Shown: one piece after another, positions 38,362-51,586 of the stretch
Position numbering within the stretch: the stretch's first letter is position 1
Layout: each line of letters starts with the position of its first letter
Source of the DNA: Psammoneis japonica
Taxonomy: Eukaryota
Length of the DNA: 64,000 bases
NCBI GenBank assembly: GCA_008632985.1
Contig: QPGO01000003.1
Span: forward strand, 744,001 to 808,000
Reading direction: 5' to 3'
Notes under the pieces: generated by a model
The model's database searches: none
What the model was told of the DNA's origin: nothing
Seen by the model: the letters and a program-made list of their open reading frames with translations, nothing else
Program-made: the position numbers and the translations under genes

Positions 38362-41300
38362 AAGCTTCTCCTGCCACTTTACGTCTACGGGCTATCCAGC
38401 GATTCAAGTCGAAGAAGAAGGCAAGATGTATTACCGTGACGCAGATCAATGCCTTTGAGGCTGACGTAGCAAAGTGCATGGATCGACTAAAGACCGTCAA
38501 CTCTTCAGCAGAAGCTTGATTGCTTGCTTTGAAGATCATCCATAGTTTACAGGATATACTTTGTTAGAAGAAGTTTGTATCAAACTGTTTCTCATGAATG
38601 CGGTTGAGACCCGTTCCAAACACTCCTTTTTCAAAATCGAAGCACGTCAAAATCAAAGTTTTCCTGGTCAGAAGCACCCGGAAAACTTCGATTTTGGATT
38701 TTTCAACTTCGAAAAGCACGCTGAAAGACGTGGCACCTGCACCTGTTTAGGGTTTGGAGTGAACAGAAGGGACCTGCAGCCTCTCTACTGTAGAGCACAG
38801 CGTGGAGAAGCGTGAAGTTGTTCTGTTGCACCATGCCAAGTTTCTCCATCTTGGGGTCCCAAAGAAAGTCTAACAGGTGGGGCCCTGTGGGAAGACCAGC
38901 GCACTGTGTCTTGCCTGGAACACTCCTCTGTGCAATTCTTTGAAATGGCATGCGAAAGGATCATTTCATTCTGCCTGAGAAACACCAAAAACTGTGTGTG
39001 ACAATGGCACCACGGCACTTGCCAAGGTGCTTTCTTGCATCGAAATGGTTGAATTTCAGTTCCATGCCACCATCATCACCACTGCTGGGGTTTTCTTGGA
39101 ACAAACCTTGGAAAACACTGGCCAGTGTGGATGGACTAGCGTGCTTCTCTCCCTCATGTGTGTGGTCATCCACAAGTGAAAGCACCCTAAAGGTGACTTT
39201 CGTGAGGTTGTTCATTCTTGGTTCTAGCATGTGTGGCAGTTGTTGATCCAGCGATGGCCAAAGGCTGCTGCTCTCACACGCAAACTTGAGCTGATCCATT
39301 TACAGGCATGCAGGCATCATTGGCACCAGCAAGATGTTTTTGCAATCTTCTCTTACAACATGCTGAATTTCCTTGAAGGCAACATTCTGGTTTCTGAGAG
39401 ACATGGTCTTCCACTGGAAAACATTGAACAGTCTCACAATCTTGGCAGCATGCAATCCCTTTGCATCCAGAGTGTCATCAGTGATGGGCCACCATCACGC
39501 TGTTTCCCTTCCATCCAGCAGTGGCATGGATCTGGCACTTGCACCCACAGCAAGCTGCCAAGATTTGCCGTGGGCTTTGCTGCCTTTCTGGGAAACTCCT
39601 GCTCCCCCAAAAAAGACAGTTTGACAAGCAAGACAATCGCATCAGGGAATCCTTAATTTTTGGGGCCCTGTGGAGATGTCCTTCTGTTTGCAATGCCCAA
39701 CAAACATGAAGCAGTGGTGTGCACTCTTGAATGAACTGGCAAGACATTCCAGACAAACATCCCAAGGTCAGTGAGCAATGCCTCCCCACTGATCTGTGGG
39801 AAGAAGCTTCTCACAGGAAGACTTTGCTCTTCCAGTCCACTGAACTCAAGATGGGAGCAAAGTGCACCTGTCCTCTGACCATTTTGATCAAACAGCTGAA
39901 TGGAACAACCACAGGTTGGCTCATCAAAGCACTTTCTGAAAGCCCATTTAGAGAGCACTGTTTGGCAACATGTCACCACCAACAGTGCAAGCATGCACCT
40001 GAGCTTGGGAAATTGTTGAACAAAAACAGCAAAGACACACAATTCAAGGAGCTTCAGGAAAAGACACACAGATTGAAATGTTCATCAGACAATGATTTTC
40101 CAACACAGCAATTTGCAAGACTGCACCAATGGGCATGTCCTGAAACCAAAAAATTCTCATTTTTGAGAGGAGAGTGCTCGAGCACTTTTTGCCAGTCTTC
40201 ACCCTGACAATTGGAGCAGTTTTGCTCCTCTTTTACCTGAAGTGTCTTGGGCAATTTTGTGGACAAGAAGGCAATGCTGTGGAGGACTGCACCACCGTTT
40301 TAAATGCCCGTTGTGTCAATGGAAATGCTGCACTGCACTGAAAAAGTGATTTCTTCTCACAAAACAGAGCATTGCCATCAGACATGTCATGAACTTGGTG
40401 CAAATCATTGTGCAAAGCTTTGCACCACCACACCACCAAAACCAGCTGGTGCCTGGCATTGTCACACATGTCACATCTTCTTTGTGCTGAGTGCTTGTGT
40501 CACAACTTTGATGGCAATTTGGATGGACACAGGACCCTGCTGCATGATGTGACAACAGTGCTGCAACAACAGACTTTGTTTGTGCTGCCACACTGGCTGG
40601 GGCCTTCCAGGTGGCAGGTGGTGGGCTCCACAGTGCTGCAGCAGAGGCCATGTCTTCATTTGTTCCCCACACAAAAGAACAATGCAAGTGGAGTGCAGCA
40701 TCTGATCAAATTCATCGTGGGACCCCACAAATGCAGAGGGGGCCTCTTGCAGAGGTCTGCAGGAATTTTTGCATGTGGCGCTGAAACATGCAGGGTGGCA
40801 CAGTTTCTGTGACAAAAATTTGGAAAAATGCCTGGTTCGCGAGACAGCTCTGGTGCAAAACCTGTGCAATTAGCCCCCATGCATTCATGCAAAACTCTGT
40901 GCATTTCTGGGTTGCAGGTCCCTCTGCAGCCATTTGCAGGGACCCACAATGAAACTGCACCATGGAAGAAGCCTTCCTGCATGAAATTGATGCAGAAGCT
41001 CCATGTCTCCCAAATGTCACAAAGCCAATCAACATTGCACAGCTTGTCTTGCATTCCTTGCTTGAGCATCCAAGACAATTCACAATGCTTTGCTCCATGC
41101 TCACTGCCTGATCCAACTGCTGCCACAGGCACTGAATGCAGGAGGGTTGCATCACTGCCCATCAAAGAATCTATTTTGCCAGGTCACAAGCAGTGCTGAC
41201 CCCAGCCTTTTTGCTTCCAGCAGCATGTGACCACATCCTTTGTCAAATGTGTTCAGAAATTCTTTGGTTGTGTTTTTGCCTCTGCCATCTGCTGAAACTG

Positions 41301-44300
41301 GTGGATCATTGTCCACAAAGTTTTTTTTTGTAATTCAAGCATCTTGCTGAATCAGATTGGCTGATCATCATCACAAGGTCCCATCACCAATGGCAATCCA
41401 AGAATCCAATTGCATGGCTGCACATCTGTGCCAGCATTTGCACACCAGCACATGTTGCAGCAGACATTGTAAAGCAGTGCTTGGCTCAAAACACCTGAGC
41501 TTGGATCATGCAGGGGGTGTTTGCTCAGTTGTGCATGATGACATGATGTCCATCAACCAGGCTGAAGTGCTGATTCCACATCTCTCTCATCATGAAACTT
41601 GGCATCTTCTGTGCAGGAGAGGCATGCATCAGCTGTCTCTCTTGACACTCCAGCTCTTTTTGCAGATGGCGATCACTCAACTTTTGCAGAGCCCTGCAGT
41701 TTGCACCCCAATCTTTTTCAATGTCTTTCCAATGCAAGCAAGTCTGACCACATGATGTGCACTTGCACATGAGAATCAGCTCCTCCAAGTGTGTCTGCTT
41801 TTTGCTTCTGTCATTGTTGCAGCAAATTTGCAAGCTGCACTTGCATCTGAATTGGGTTGAGTTCATCACAGAAATTGGACTTGCGGAGCCAACCTTGTGT
41901 TGTTTCCTTGGGAAAGAGTGGAAGAGCCTGGTGATGGATTTCCTTCAATGCAGTCAATGCATGCACAGACAATGCATGCAATGATCTCCTTGGTGTTGAG
42001 GGTGAGGCTGCAGAGCAGGTGCTTTTGGCAAGTTCATGCCAGAAAGGCCCACCCACTTTTGATGTTGCAACTGCTGATGCTGTGTTTGGAGGCATCAGAG
42101 TGGCAGACATGAGTTGGCTTTTGGCAAGTCACAATGTCCAGATCAATGTCTTCTTGTGCTTCTTTGAGGAAGCTCACCCCCAAAGTTTGGTGTCATTGAG
42201 TTCAAAAGGCAGCATCTTGTGCCAGCATTTGTTCTCAGCACTGATCATTGATCTGCAAAGAGACGGCCAGAAAAATGTTGGGCACATGGAATGATGTGTC
42301 CCAAACAGCCCAGGCAACCCATCAGGCATTTGATCTGTTTGAAGCTTGTGCTGCCTTTCTTCATCAACTTGCACATTGTGCAGACCAGGCAAGCAACAAA
42401 CTTGCTTTCTGGCAGCATGATGCTTGTGCATCTGTCATCCAGTGGCCATCCAAGGATGATCTGGATTTCTTTGAGTCATCCTTCTGCATTGAGCTTCTTG
42501 AGGCATGTCAAATTGTCTCTTGTGAGGTCTTCTTGAGAGTGAACTGGTTTTCTGATGAGCGCAGGTGTTTCTCACAATGTGGTGGCTGCTTCTCCTCATG
42601 GCAAGTTCTTGTTGCTGATGTCTGGGAGATGAGGGCAACTGTGTGTTGTCAATGCAGACATCAACAAGATCCCAGACCCTTGTTGTTTTGGGGGATCTCT
42701 GCTTGCAGCAGCCCTTGTTCTTTTGATGAAGGGGCATCAAGCTTTGGGTCCTTGAATTTTTTTTGCTGGTGGAAGCTTGTCTTGGATGAGGTTGTGGAGT
42801 TCCAAGGGGTCTCAATCTTGGCATTGTAAGATGTCATTGGCAAGGTTGCATGCCATTGCCAACATGTTGCTCCACAGGTTTGGATTTGGTCTGCCACCAA
42901 AGGTGATTCACAGAGCCGGCAAGGCCAAGTTGTTCACTGTGAGGGCTGTTGTTTGAGCTGCAGCCTTGCTGTTCAGGTGACCTTGATGACATGTGAATTT
43001 GCAGTCAATCTTCTGGAGAAGAACAGAGGTCTGTGGGCATTGAATCCTGATGGAGATGATGCAATGGATTGGACAGTGCAGCATGTTTCTGCACATGCAT
43101 GGGGGGTCAGTTCAGCATGTGACTTGTGAGTTTGTGAATGTGCCAGAGCTGGGCTTGAGAGATTGGTCGTGGTCTCTTGGTTGGTCACTTTGAGCAGGGA
43201 TGCTGAAGTGTTGGGCAGGATGTGGATCTTGTTTTTTTGCAAGGGGAGTTCCCAGTCTTTTTTTTTGCACCTTGTTGTGCATTTTCACTCAAAGTGCTGA
43301 TGTGTTTCTTGCAGCTCACTTGTTGTTTCCTCATTGCAGGGCATCTTGGGTGTCTCACAGCCAAGCTTCTTCATTGACAGGCTCCAGTGGGTGTTTGGCA
43401 CCAGACAACAGGGTGCTGGTTGCTTTGCTCCACATGGGGTGGCAATGAAAGAAAGGGTGAAGATGACCCACTGGTCAAAATTTGGAACCACAGCCCAGTG
43501 CTGACATTTTTGGAGCCTGGACAGCTGATTCTAGGTCAAGGTTAAAGCAGTGTTCAAGGATTTGCCAGTTTGCCTCTGTGGCTTCAATTGTGGGCTTGAA
43601 AGAGTGGCTCATTTGGTTGGCAGTCAAGTTGGCTGTGACACAATGTCACAAATCAACTGGATGAATGCCTTGCTGCAAGACAGCTTGTTCAAGGCAGAGT
43701 TTGGGGAAGCTGTCAATGTCAGTTGGTGTGTGGTGCTTTCATGTGGAGGCAATGTTGCAGCAGGTTCCACTGGGCCAGTGTTGCAGCAGGTTTCACTGAG
43801 CCAGTGTGAAGTGGTGACTTTTTAGATTCAGGTGCCTCTGGCGGATCCACCAGGTTGACCTGAAGAGGTGGCTGTTTGGCAGGCTCTGCCAGGCCAGCCC
43901 CAAGAGGAGGCTTTTAGAACAATTGAAAACCTTTGGCTGTGCTGGACTGTCCTTGTCAGGAGGCTGAGCAGTTGGGTCTGCCATGTCATCTTGTGAGGGT
44001 GACTGTTTGGAATTGGGAAGTGCACTCTCATGGTGAAGAGTGTGTCCAGTTGTCTTGGGGAGCTGCAGTCTCACAGTGGCTGTCTTGCAAGTGTCTTGTT
44101 CCAGTTGCTCTGGTCAAGGGTTTCAAATGAGGGGGGATGCTTGCCAAGCATCTTGTTGAGCTTTTCACACTGCTCTGTCAAGTGGGTTTCTGTGATGTTT
44201 GAACCATCTTGGCATGTGCATGACTGTCTGGACAGAGTCGCACATGCCAATGCATGCTGGGGCACAATGCAAGCTGGGGTGTGATTTTTTAGCATGCACA

Positions 44301-47300
44301 CCTGAGGTGAACAAAGCACTCACACCAGCAAAAGTTGGAGGCTTGCCAGTCAGAGTCACAAAAAGATGCGTCATCAACAACAACCCTCTCCCTGCCATCA
44401 CTTTTTGTGTTGCACGGCAATTTGGTTGGTGCCAGCTTGTCAAGCATGGTGCAATGCACCTTGTGACATGTTGGTTGGTTGCTGATGTGGCACGTGCATT
44501 GTCATTGGTCACCACCTGTAAAAGTTCACTGATCAGTGGTGGTTTTGTTTTGGCACAGAAATTGCATGGATTTCTGCAGGGCATCATTTTTGTCATCCTC
44601 ATTTGTTGCCAACATGTTTCCATTCCCCAACCAAGGAATGGAGTGATCTGTTGGCATTTGCACTGCCAATTTGTCACTGTCACCATTCACTGTTTCCTTG
44701 TTCATCATGAAGGTTGGCCACCAAATTCCAACTCTTCTTTGATTTCTGTCACTCCCCATTGGCCTGACACTGTGAATGTCATTCATTTGTTTTTTGATTG
44801 GTGGCTTCTGGCTTTGCTGTCAAACGAACCCCAGAATCAACTCCAATCACCACTCACACACTTGTGTCCACACAACGTTCTCATCGCTCAATGAGAGCTT
44901 GTCACATTGGCAAGGGTCGTCAAGACCATCAATCTGACAGAATTTGAACAAGAATCACTCACTCTTGCTCTGTCTCCTTCGTTCAAGCTTCGATGACATC
45001 AGGTGGATGTGGCGAGCAGAACTCCAGCCTGGACCTGGTGCAACACCTTGCTGCTGTCTACACGGCAGACAAGTCTCCATGCAGGGACTGTTGCAGGTGC
45101 CCCTGTGAACAATGGGGACATGTGTTCCAGGGTCAGGAACAGTTTTTGTTTGGTCTGGCCAGGTGGAGGTGTCTGGTCTTGTGCCCATGATTGCACGCCC
45201 AGATGTTCAGACACCCCGCCCACATGCCTTGATTCATTCCCAACTTGCTTGATGTGAGCATCCAGCAGGTGAAGCATCCAACTCTGAGGAATGATGAACA
45301 CACATGACTGAATGAGTCCCGTCAAGCTTCCCAGAGCCACGGGCTTGATGCTCCATGACTCAATCATCAGCTCTTGCCCCCCCCCCCCCCCCATTGTTTG
45401 TGACAGCACACTGGGCCCTAAATGCTGCACAGTCTTTGACAGAAATTGAACACAAGAATGACTCACTCTTGCTTTGTCTCTGTCATTCGAGCATTGATGA
45501 CGTCAGGTGGACACATGGCAAGCAAAGCTCCAGCAGCACAGACCTGGTGCAACACCTTGCTGCTGTCTACACAGCAGACAAGTCTCCATGCAGAGACCAT
45601 TGCAGGTGCCCCTGTGAACAATGGGGGCATGTGTTCCAGGGTCAGGAACAGTTTTTGTTCTGTCTGGCCAAGTGGAGGTGCCTGGTCTCATGCCTGTGAT
45701 GGCACGCCCAGATGTTCAGACACCCAGACGGTCAAGACACGTGGTTGGTGTGACTCAAACCCAAGCCCACTTTGGAGTTTGCACCAGAATGTGCGATTGT
45801 CACCAACAGATTTCCATTCCCCAACCAAGGAATGGAGTGTGATCTGTTGGCACATTTGTGCTGCTAATTTGTCGCTGTTGCTGTTCACTGTTTCCTCACT
45901 CATCATGAAGGTTGATCACCAAAATCCAGCTCTTCTTTGGCCCCTGCAGTCTTGCGGAACATTGAGCCAGGGACAGCCCTGACACATCATGGTTGAACCA
46001 GGATGGTCCAATTTTCATTGACTGGCAAAGGCAGTCTCTGTGAGAAAGTGCGCCAGAGCAACAGACTCTTAATCTTCCAAAGCCGCTGCTCGCTGCACAA
46101 ATTTCCATGTGCCAGTGCAGCAGGGGGGAGCACTGGAGCTGGAACAATTCAACCAAAACATCTTTTTTGCTCATTCATCCACCATCCAAATTTCTTGTGC
46201 TTTTTGCTGTGTTGACAAAAATGCCTCATGGGCCCCATCATGGTGAGTGCCTTGTTGTGATGTCATTGATGTTGATGTGGGAGATTGCATCATTGCATGA
46301 GCATCTTTGTTGTCCCTGTTAGAAGGCATCTGTGGTGTGACACAACTTCCCAGTTTTGGCTTGAGATTGTGTCATCTTGACACCTCTCACTCTCTCTCTT
46401 GATGAGCATCACTTTGCTGTCTGCTGTTGCTGCCACGAAGGTGCCCAAGACCTCACTGGCAAAGGCTCATGACAAAGTTCAGTCATTCATTGAATGACCA
46501 GAGATCAACAAAGGTGACTTTGAATGGAGGGATCAGGCAGCACCTCATCATGCTCCACTTCAGCAACTTCCCACAATTCAACCACACACATCATTTCTCA
46601 TTGCGCAGTCAGCTGAAGACAAGTGGAAAGTGACATCTGCCACATGCAGCACTGGTGACAGCTGCTCTGAAGGGCTGCCAACATGAGGGCCACACATGCC
46701 TCAGTGAAGGCCAGGTCTTTTGTGATGACAGAGAGCTTGGATGCCACAAATGGAACAAAGTGGATGAAGTGCAAAATTCAATGACTGTGTTTCTTGCACC
46801 TGGGAGAGCCAGCTCTTCCACTTCCAAAGCATGAGCTGCACTGTGGTCTCTTCCCATGCATGCACCAGAGTTAAGTCCAGCTGCAAATGAGCCCCCACCA
46901 ACCCACACTGCTTTGTGCAACAAGCAGACAGAGTTCTGTCCATCACAAGAGGCTCTTGACAAAACAGCAGAGCTGGTGGAAGGCTGGCATGTGCCAGCTG
47001 CCCACTCTCTTTGAACCTTGCTGTCGGGAGACTGTGTTTGAGAGAGCAGCATTCCTCATGTCTGTGACTGATGAAGAGTTGTGCAACACCTTTTGTGCTT
47101 GTCTTTGTGAAGCAACGGGCAAATTTCTTGGCTCTTCCTGTTGCAGTCATGCTCTGGTTTGCAAAATGGGACCTTTGAAGATCAACCAGCCAGCATGCCA
47201 AATCTTGCCCCATGGATTGGATGCAGGAAGAGCACAAAGAAAAGTGCTTGCAACAGAATGAAGCCATGTGGGGCACCACCAACTTGGTTTGTTTGGAAGC

Positions 47301-50300
47301 CTTCAAGCAAAAGGCCGATCCAAGCAGCATGTTTGTCAGCAGCACAGCCACCACTGTGATGCTGCATTGGAGAAGTGTCACCATTGGAAGCACATCTGGT
47401 GGTGAAACAACTGTTGGGAACAACTCTGCTGCCTGCTGTGGTGGAAAGGGCAGCTCATTTTTGCACTTGTTGTTGTTGCTCTTTTCTTGGTTTTTTAAAA
47501 AGCTGGCAGCAATTTTGACAACTGGGGGCATGGTTGGCCATGTTTGGCATTGTGGGCAAACTTTCAAAGCACAGTGTCAGACCTGGCCTCAAGATGGCTT
47601 TGCCTGAAATGATGCACAACCCAAGTCAGTTTGGAACAAGCAAAACACTGGCTTGGTCAGCATGCCCCCATGCAGAAGATGTGCCATGACTCACAATCAA
47701 GCAACTCTGACTTGAAAGACATTCCAAGGCACCCGTGTTTAGACTCCAGGCATGGCAAAGAGGGAAAATGGAGTTGCCATTCATTTTTGGTTTGGGGCCC
47801 ATGCTCTCAAAAGTCTGTTGTGCGAATGTCAACAAGTTTGCTCTGCTTGCAACAGCGTCACACTCTGAGAACACATTTTGATTTTCTTTGTCCCCTCATG
47901 GTGCACAGAACCAAAATGCACAAAATCTCTGTGTGAAAACATCCAGTTGAGAAAAATGAAAAAGGTTGGGATTGGAAATTCGTGGAAATTGAAAATGAGT
48001 TGAAAATCAACCCGGGAGATCGGGCATTGTTGGTTGCTTGTGCAGAGGTGAGCCATGAAATTCAAAGCACAAATTCCATGACTTGCATGTGACAGTCGTG
48101 TGCAGCATGTGTCATGGTGCCAGCGACTGTTTGATTTTTAAAAGTGGTTGCTTTGTGGTGGTGCATGCATTGTGCCCTTCTGTCAATGATGTGTTGGCAA
48201 TGCATGCACCATGTGTTCCTGGTGACAATGCATGTGTCATGCATCCAAAGGCACTCATCCTGTCATGTGTCTGCAGTTGCAGTCTGCGTGTTTGTTTCGC
48301 ACATGGCAGTGTCTAAAATGAACTTGCTCATGATGCATCATCAAGGCACAGTTGTGGCATCAACCAGCTCTGCACATGTTGTCTGTGGTGAGTCCAGAGA
48401 TGGATCAACAGATCAACTTTTTAAATGTGTGGTGCAAGTCATGCACATGTCTGAGGAGCCTGTGACTCTCTGATCACAACGCATTGTCATCTCAGATTGG
48501 CTGTGCCAAGAGCCAAGTTCACCTGCTTTGGGTGCTGACAATGCATTTCCTGAGTGTGCCATTGAAATCCATGCCTTCAATGACAACTGATTGGAGTTGT
48601 TGCACCTCTTGGCAGGCCTCGTGATTGTGAAAGCACCGCAGGCCGCAGGGAATGACAAGTTTTGCCGGTGGCAGCCCCTTGGTTTCTCATGGGTTTCTGA
48701 GTCCTCTTCAAAATCATGCAAGTCCAGAGTGATGGCAGAGCACTTCACACTTCGACTGCTGGATGCACGACTGTCATGTTTGGGTTGGTTGGTTGTGCGC
48801 CACTTGGCAGCGGAGCAGCGGCAGTCCTCATGGTTGACATCGGTGTCTTTTGATGGTTGCAATCTCAAATTCCAGTGCTCATTTTGTGCGCAATTCCACG
48901 TGGCTGTTGAGAGGGACCCAGATGGTTGTTGTCAAAGGAAGAAAAAAAAGAGGACACTCACTCTCTCTCTTGAATTCTTGAACCCTTTTTGACATTTTCT
49001 CCTCAAACAGCAGGATGCAAGTGACAACAATCCTTGTGACACCACATCACCCATCATGAACCTTGCGACAATGCCGCCTCCGCTTCCCATTCATAAAGAG
49101 GGTGCAATTGTGCATTTGGTCTTTGGCGATGGGTGCATGGATGCAGCAGCTGCCTGGGAAATGCACGCCATTGCACTTTTTCCATTCACATTTGGCATCA
49201 AGACCAACCAGGTTTTTCTGACCACAACCAAGCAAGTTGGGATTGAGGAGGTGGATGGCTGGCAACAGACAATTGAGAAACGCTCCAACACGTCAACTCA
49301 TTCAAAGAACGATGTGGAACACCTGCCCTCCAAGCACCACGTGCACATTGCAGAGATTTGTTGAAACTGCACGACTGGCTTTGATCTCATGTCAAGCACA
49401 GTTCCAGGATGCATGCCCATTCAGATTGTGTCAGGACATGGATTCGGCATTGCGCGGGGTTTTGTCATGTGCACACGAACAAGTGATGGGCAAAAACAAA
49501 ATGTTCCTTTTGCTGACTTGCCTGGAATTCCCAGCGCTTTGTCAGTCTTTGGCATTTGTGGCTCTCAGTGCAGAGCTGCTGTTGTCTTTGGGCATTGTTC
49601 CAGTGACCCAAATGGAAAGTTTGCCAATCGCAAAAGCAAGGTCGCATCCAGCAAAGCACCACTTGCATGTGAAAATGCTGACAACACGCATGCTTTCTGT
49701 GTTGGGACTGTTGGTGATCATTTGAATCCTCCCGCCAATGAAACAGACCTCTCAAGCACTTTTGGAGATGCCGTCGTGTGCTGTGTGCTGGCCGCTGCAA
49801 AGACTTTTGTGGACAATTCCATGACTGGAGATTGTCTTGATGCCCTTTTTGAAGCCAAGTGCAACAAATTGATTGCAAGCTGCCTCAGTGCACCAGGGTT
49901 TCCTCGCCAACTCAAACCTGTTGCCAACCTTTGCCATTTGCAGAGTCTCGTGCAACAAGGTTTGTTGCAGTTGAACCTGGCTGCTTTCAATTGCTCTCTT
50001 TTTGCCTGCCAAGACGAATGGTTCTCATGCAGAGCTCAGAGAGAGCATTTCTTCCATGAGCACACACCTCCCCAAGAAACTGAACCAGCTTTTGATTGAA
50101 TTTGTTGTAACCTCGTTGGAGTTGTGGCACCACACACACCCAAACAAGGCTGAACATTTGGAGCTGTGTGGAGAAAAGATCTGGCCAAAGCTGTCAGGCT
50201 TGCTTGGACCCCAATTCAAGAGAATTTGTCTTGATTGGGATGATGATGCCAAGATCCTTTTGTGCTCCAATGACGGAATGGCAATTGGAGCATGGGCAAT

Positions 50301-51586
50301 GGCATGCCGTGATTAGCTGGTGTCACCAAGCATGTGCAAAACATGATTTTGAGCAGATCTTGGGATGACAATGAGAAACTCAGCTGCTGGACAGACAGCT
50401 GGTGCCACGGGGATGTCAAGGAACAGTGAGGGTGACAACGGGAGGAACGGCAAGGGCTGCAAAATGAGGAACAGCAAAGGTTCCAAGCAGAAGAACAGTG
50501 AGTGGACGCATGGACCAAGTCCAATTCTGAACCGCAAGAAAAAAGGATTGGAGGAGCACTGCCCGCCATGGGAAAGGAAAGAAACTGAATGCTGTTCATT
50601 GTGGATGATTTACAGTTGCACGCACCATTGAATTTTCATCTCCTGCTTTAGAGGCATGTTGCAATCTCAGGCATGTCGTGCATCCCTTGTCAACCAAGCC
50701 CCCAGAGAAATGATGGTCGCATCCAAACACACACCAGGCGATGCAATCCAAGGCAGCAAAACCAATGGTTGTGGCTTGTGTGAGCTTCCATTGCAAACAA
50801 CATGAGAGCCTTGATGACCTAAACTCAGAGAGTTGCTGCAACTTGTTTGTTTGTGCAGAGGGTCTGTTCTTGGCATTGTGAGACAAATTCAGTTGTTGTG
50901 CCAACCGTGGAGTGGCGAGTTTCAGCCTTGGGGTTGGCACTCATGTCAAACTGCTTGAGGGCCTAGAGCATGTCTCTGACTGCCTTTTTGTTTTTCTTGG
51001 GGAGCACTCCTTTCAAAATCTTTGGCATCTAGTTGGAGCAAACAAGACAGCGTGGGCAACAAGAATGCAGAGGAAACAATGCCTGCAGTGACTCATTTGT
51101 TTCCAGGAGACATTGTCAAAATGTGGGGTGTGTGCAATGAACAACTGGCCCCAGAATTTGGGCACAGTTCTTGAGTCTCACAATGCACTGGCAACAATGC
51201 CTTCCTTTTGTTCTGCAGCATCACAAGCCACCAGGATGCCAGGACTGGGTTGGGTGCTGCGTGTTTTTCCTGGCGGAGCTGGGGCCAACCCAAAATCAAA
51301 AAAACAATTGAGAGCAGTGGACATCTGACTCAGACAATGGAAAACTGTGTCCGCTGATGTCAGATTCTTGGTCTTTGCCAAAATTGTTGTGGGCTTGGTC
51401 ATGGCTTCCATGTTGACAGATGAGCTGAAAAGTCTCGCTGCCAGCTGATCTTTGCTCTTGTTTCCACTGGGCTCAATGATTGCACTTTCTCTGCCATTTG
51501 GATCTGATCTCTTTTCAAGGTTGTTCAGCAAGATCAAACTGCTCAATTTGAATTTGGCATCTGCATTGTCTGCACTCAGCTTTTGA

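Noticed and set aside
41300..45000. Assignable RT/integrase domains in the degenerate cluster
   Set aside because: The sequence is too decayed, and I could not identify catalytic motifs with confidence.
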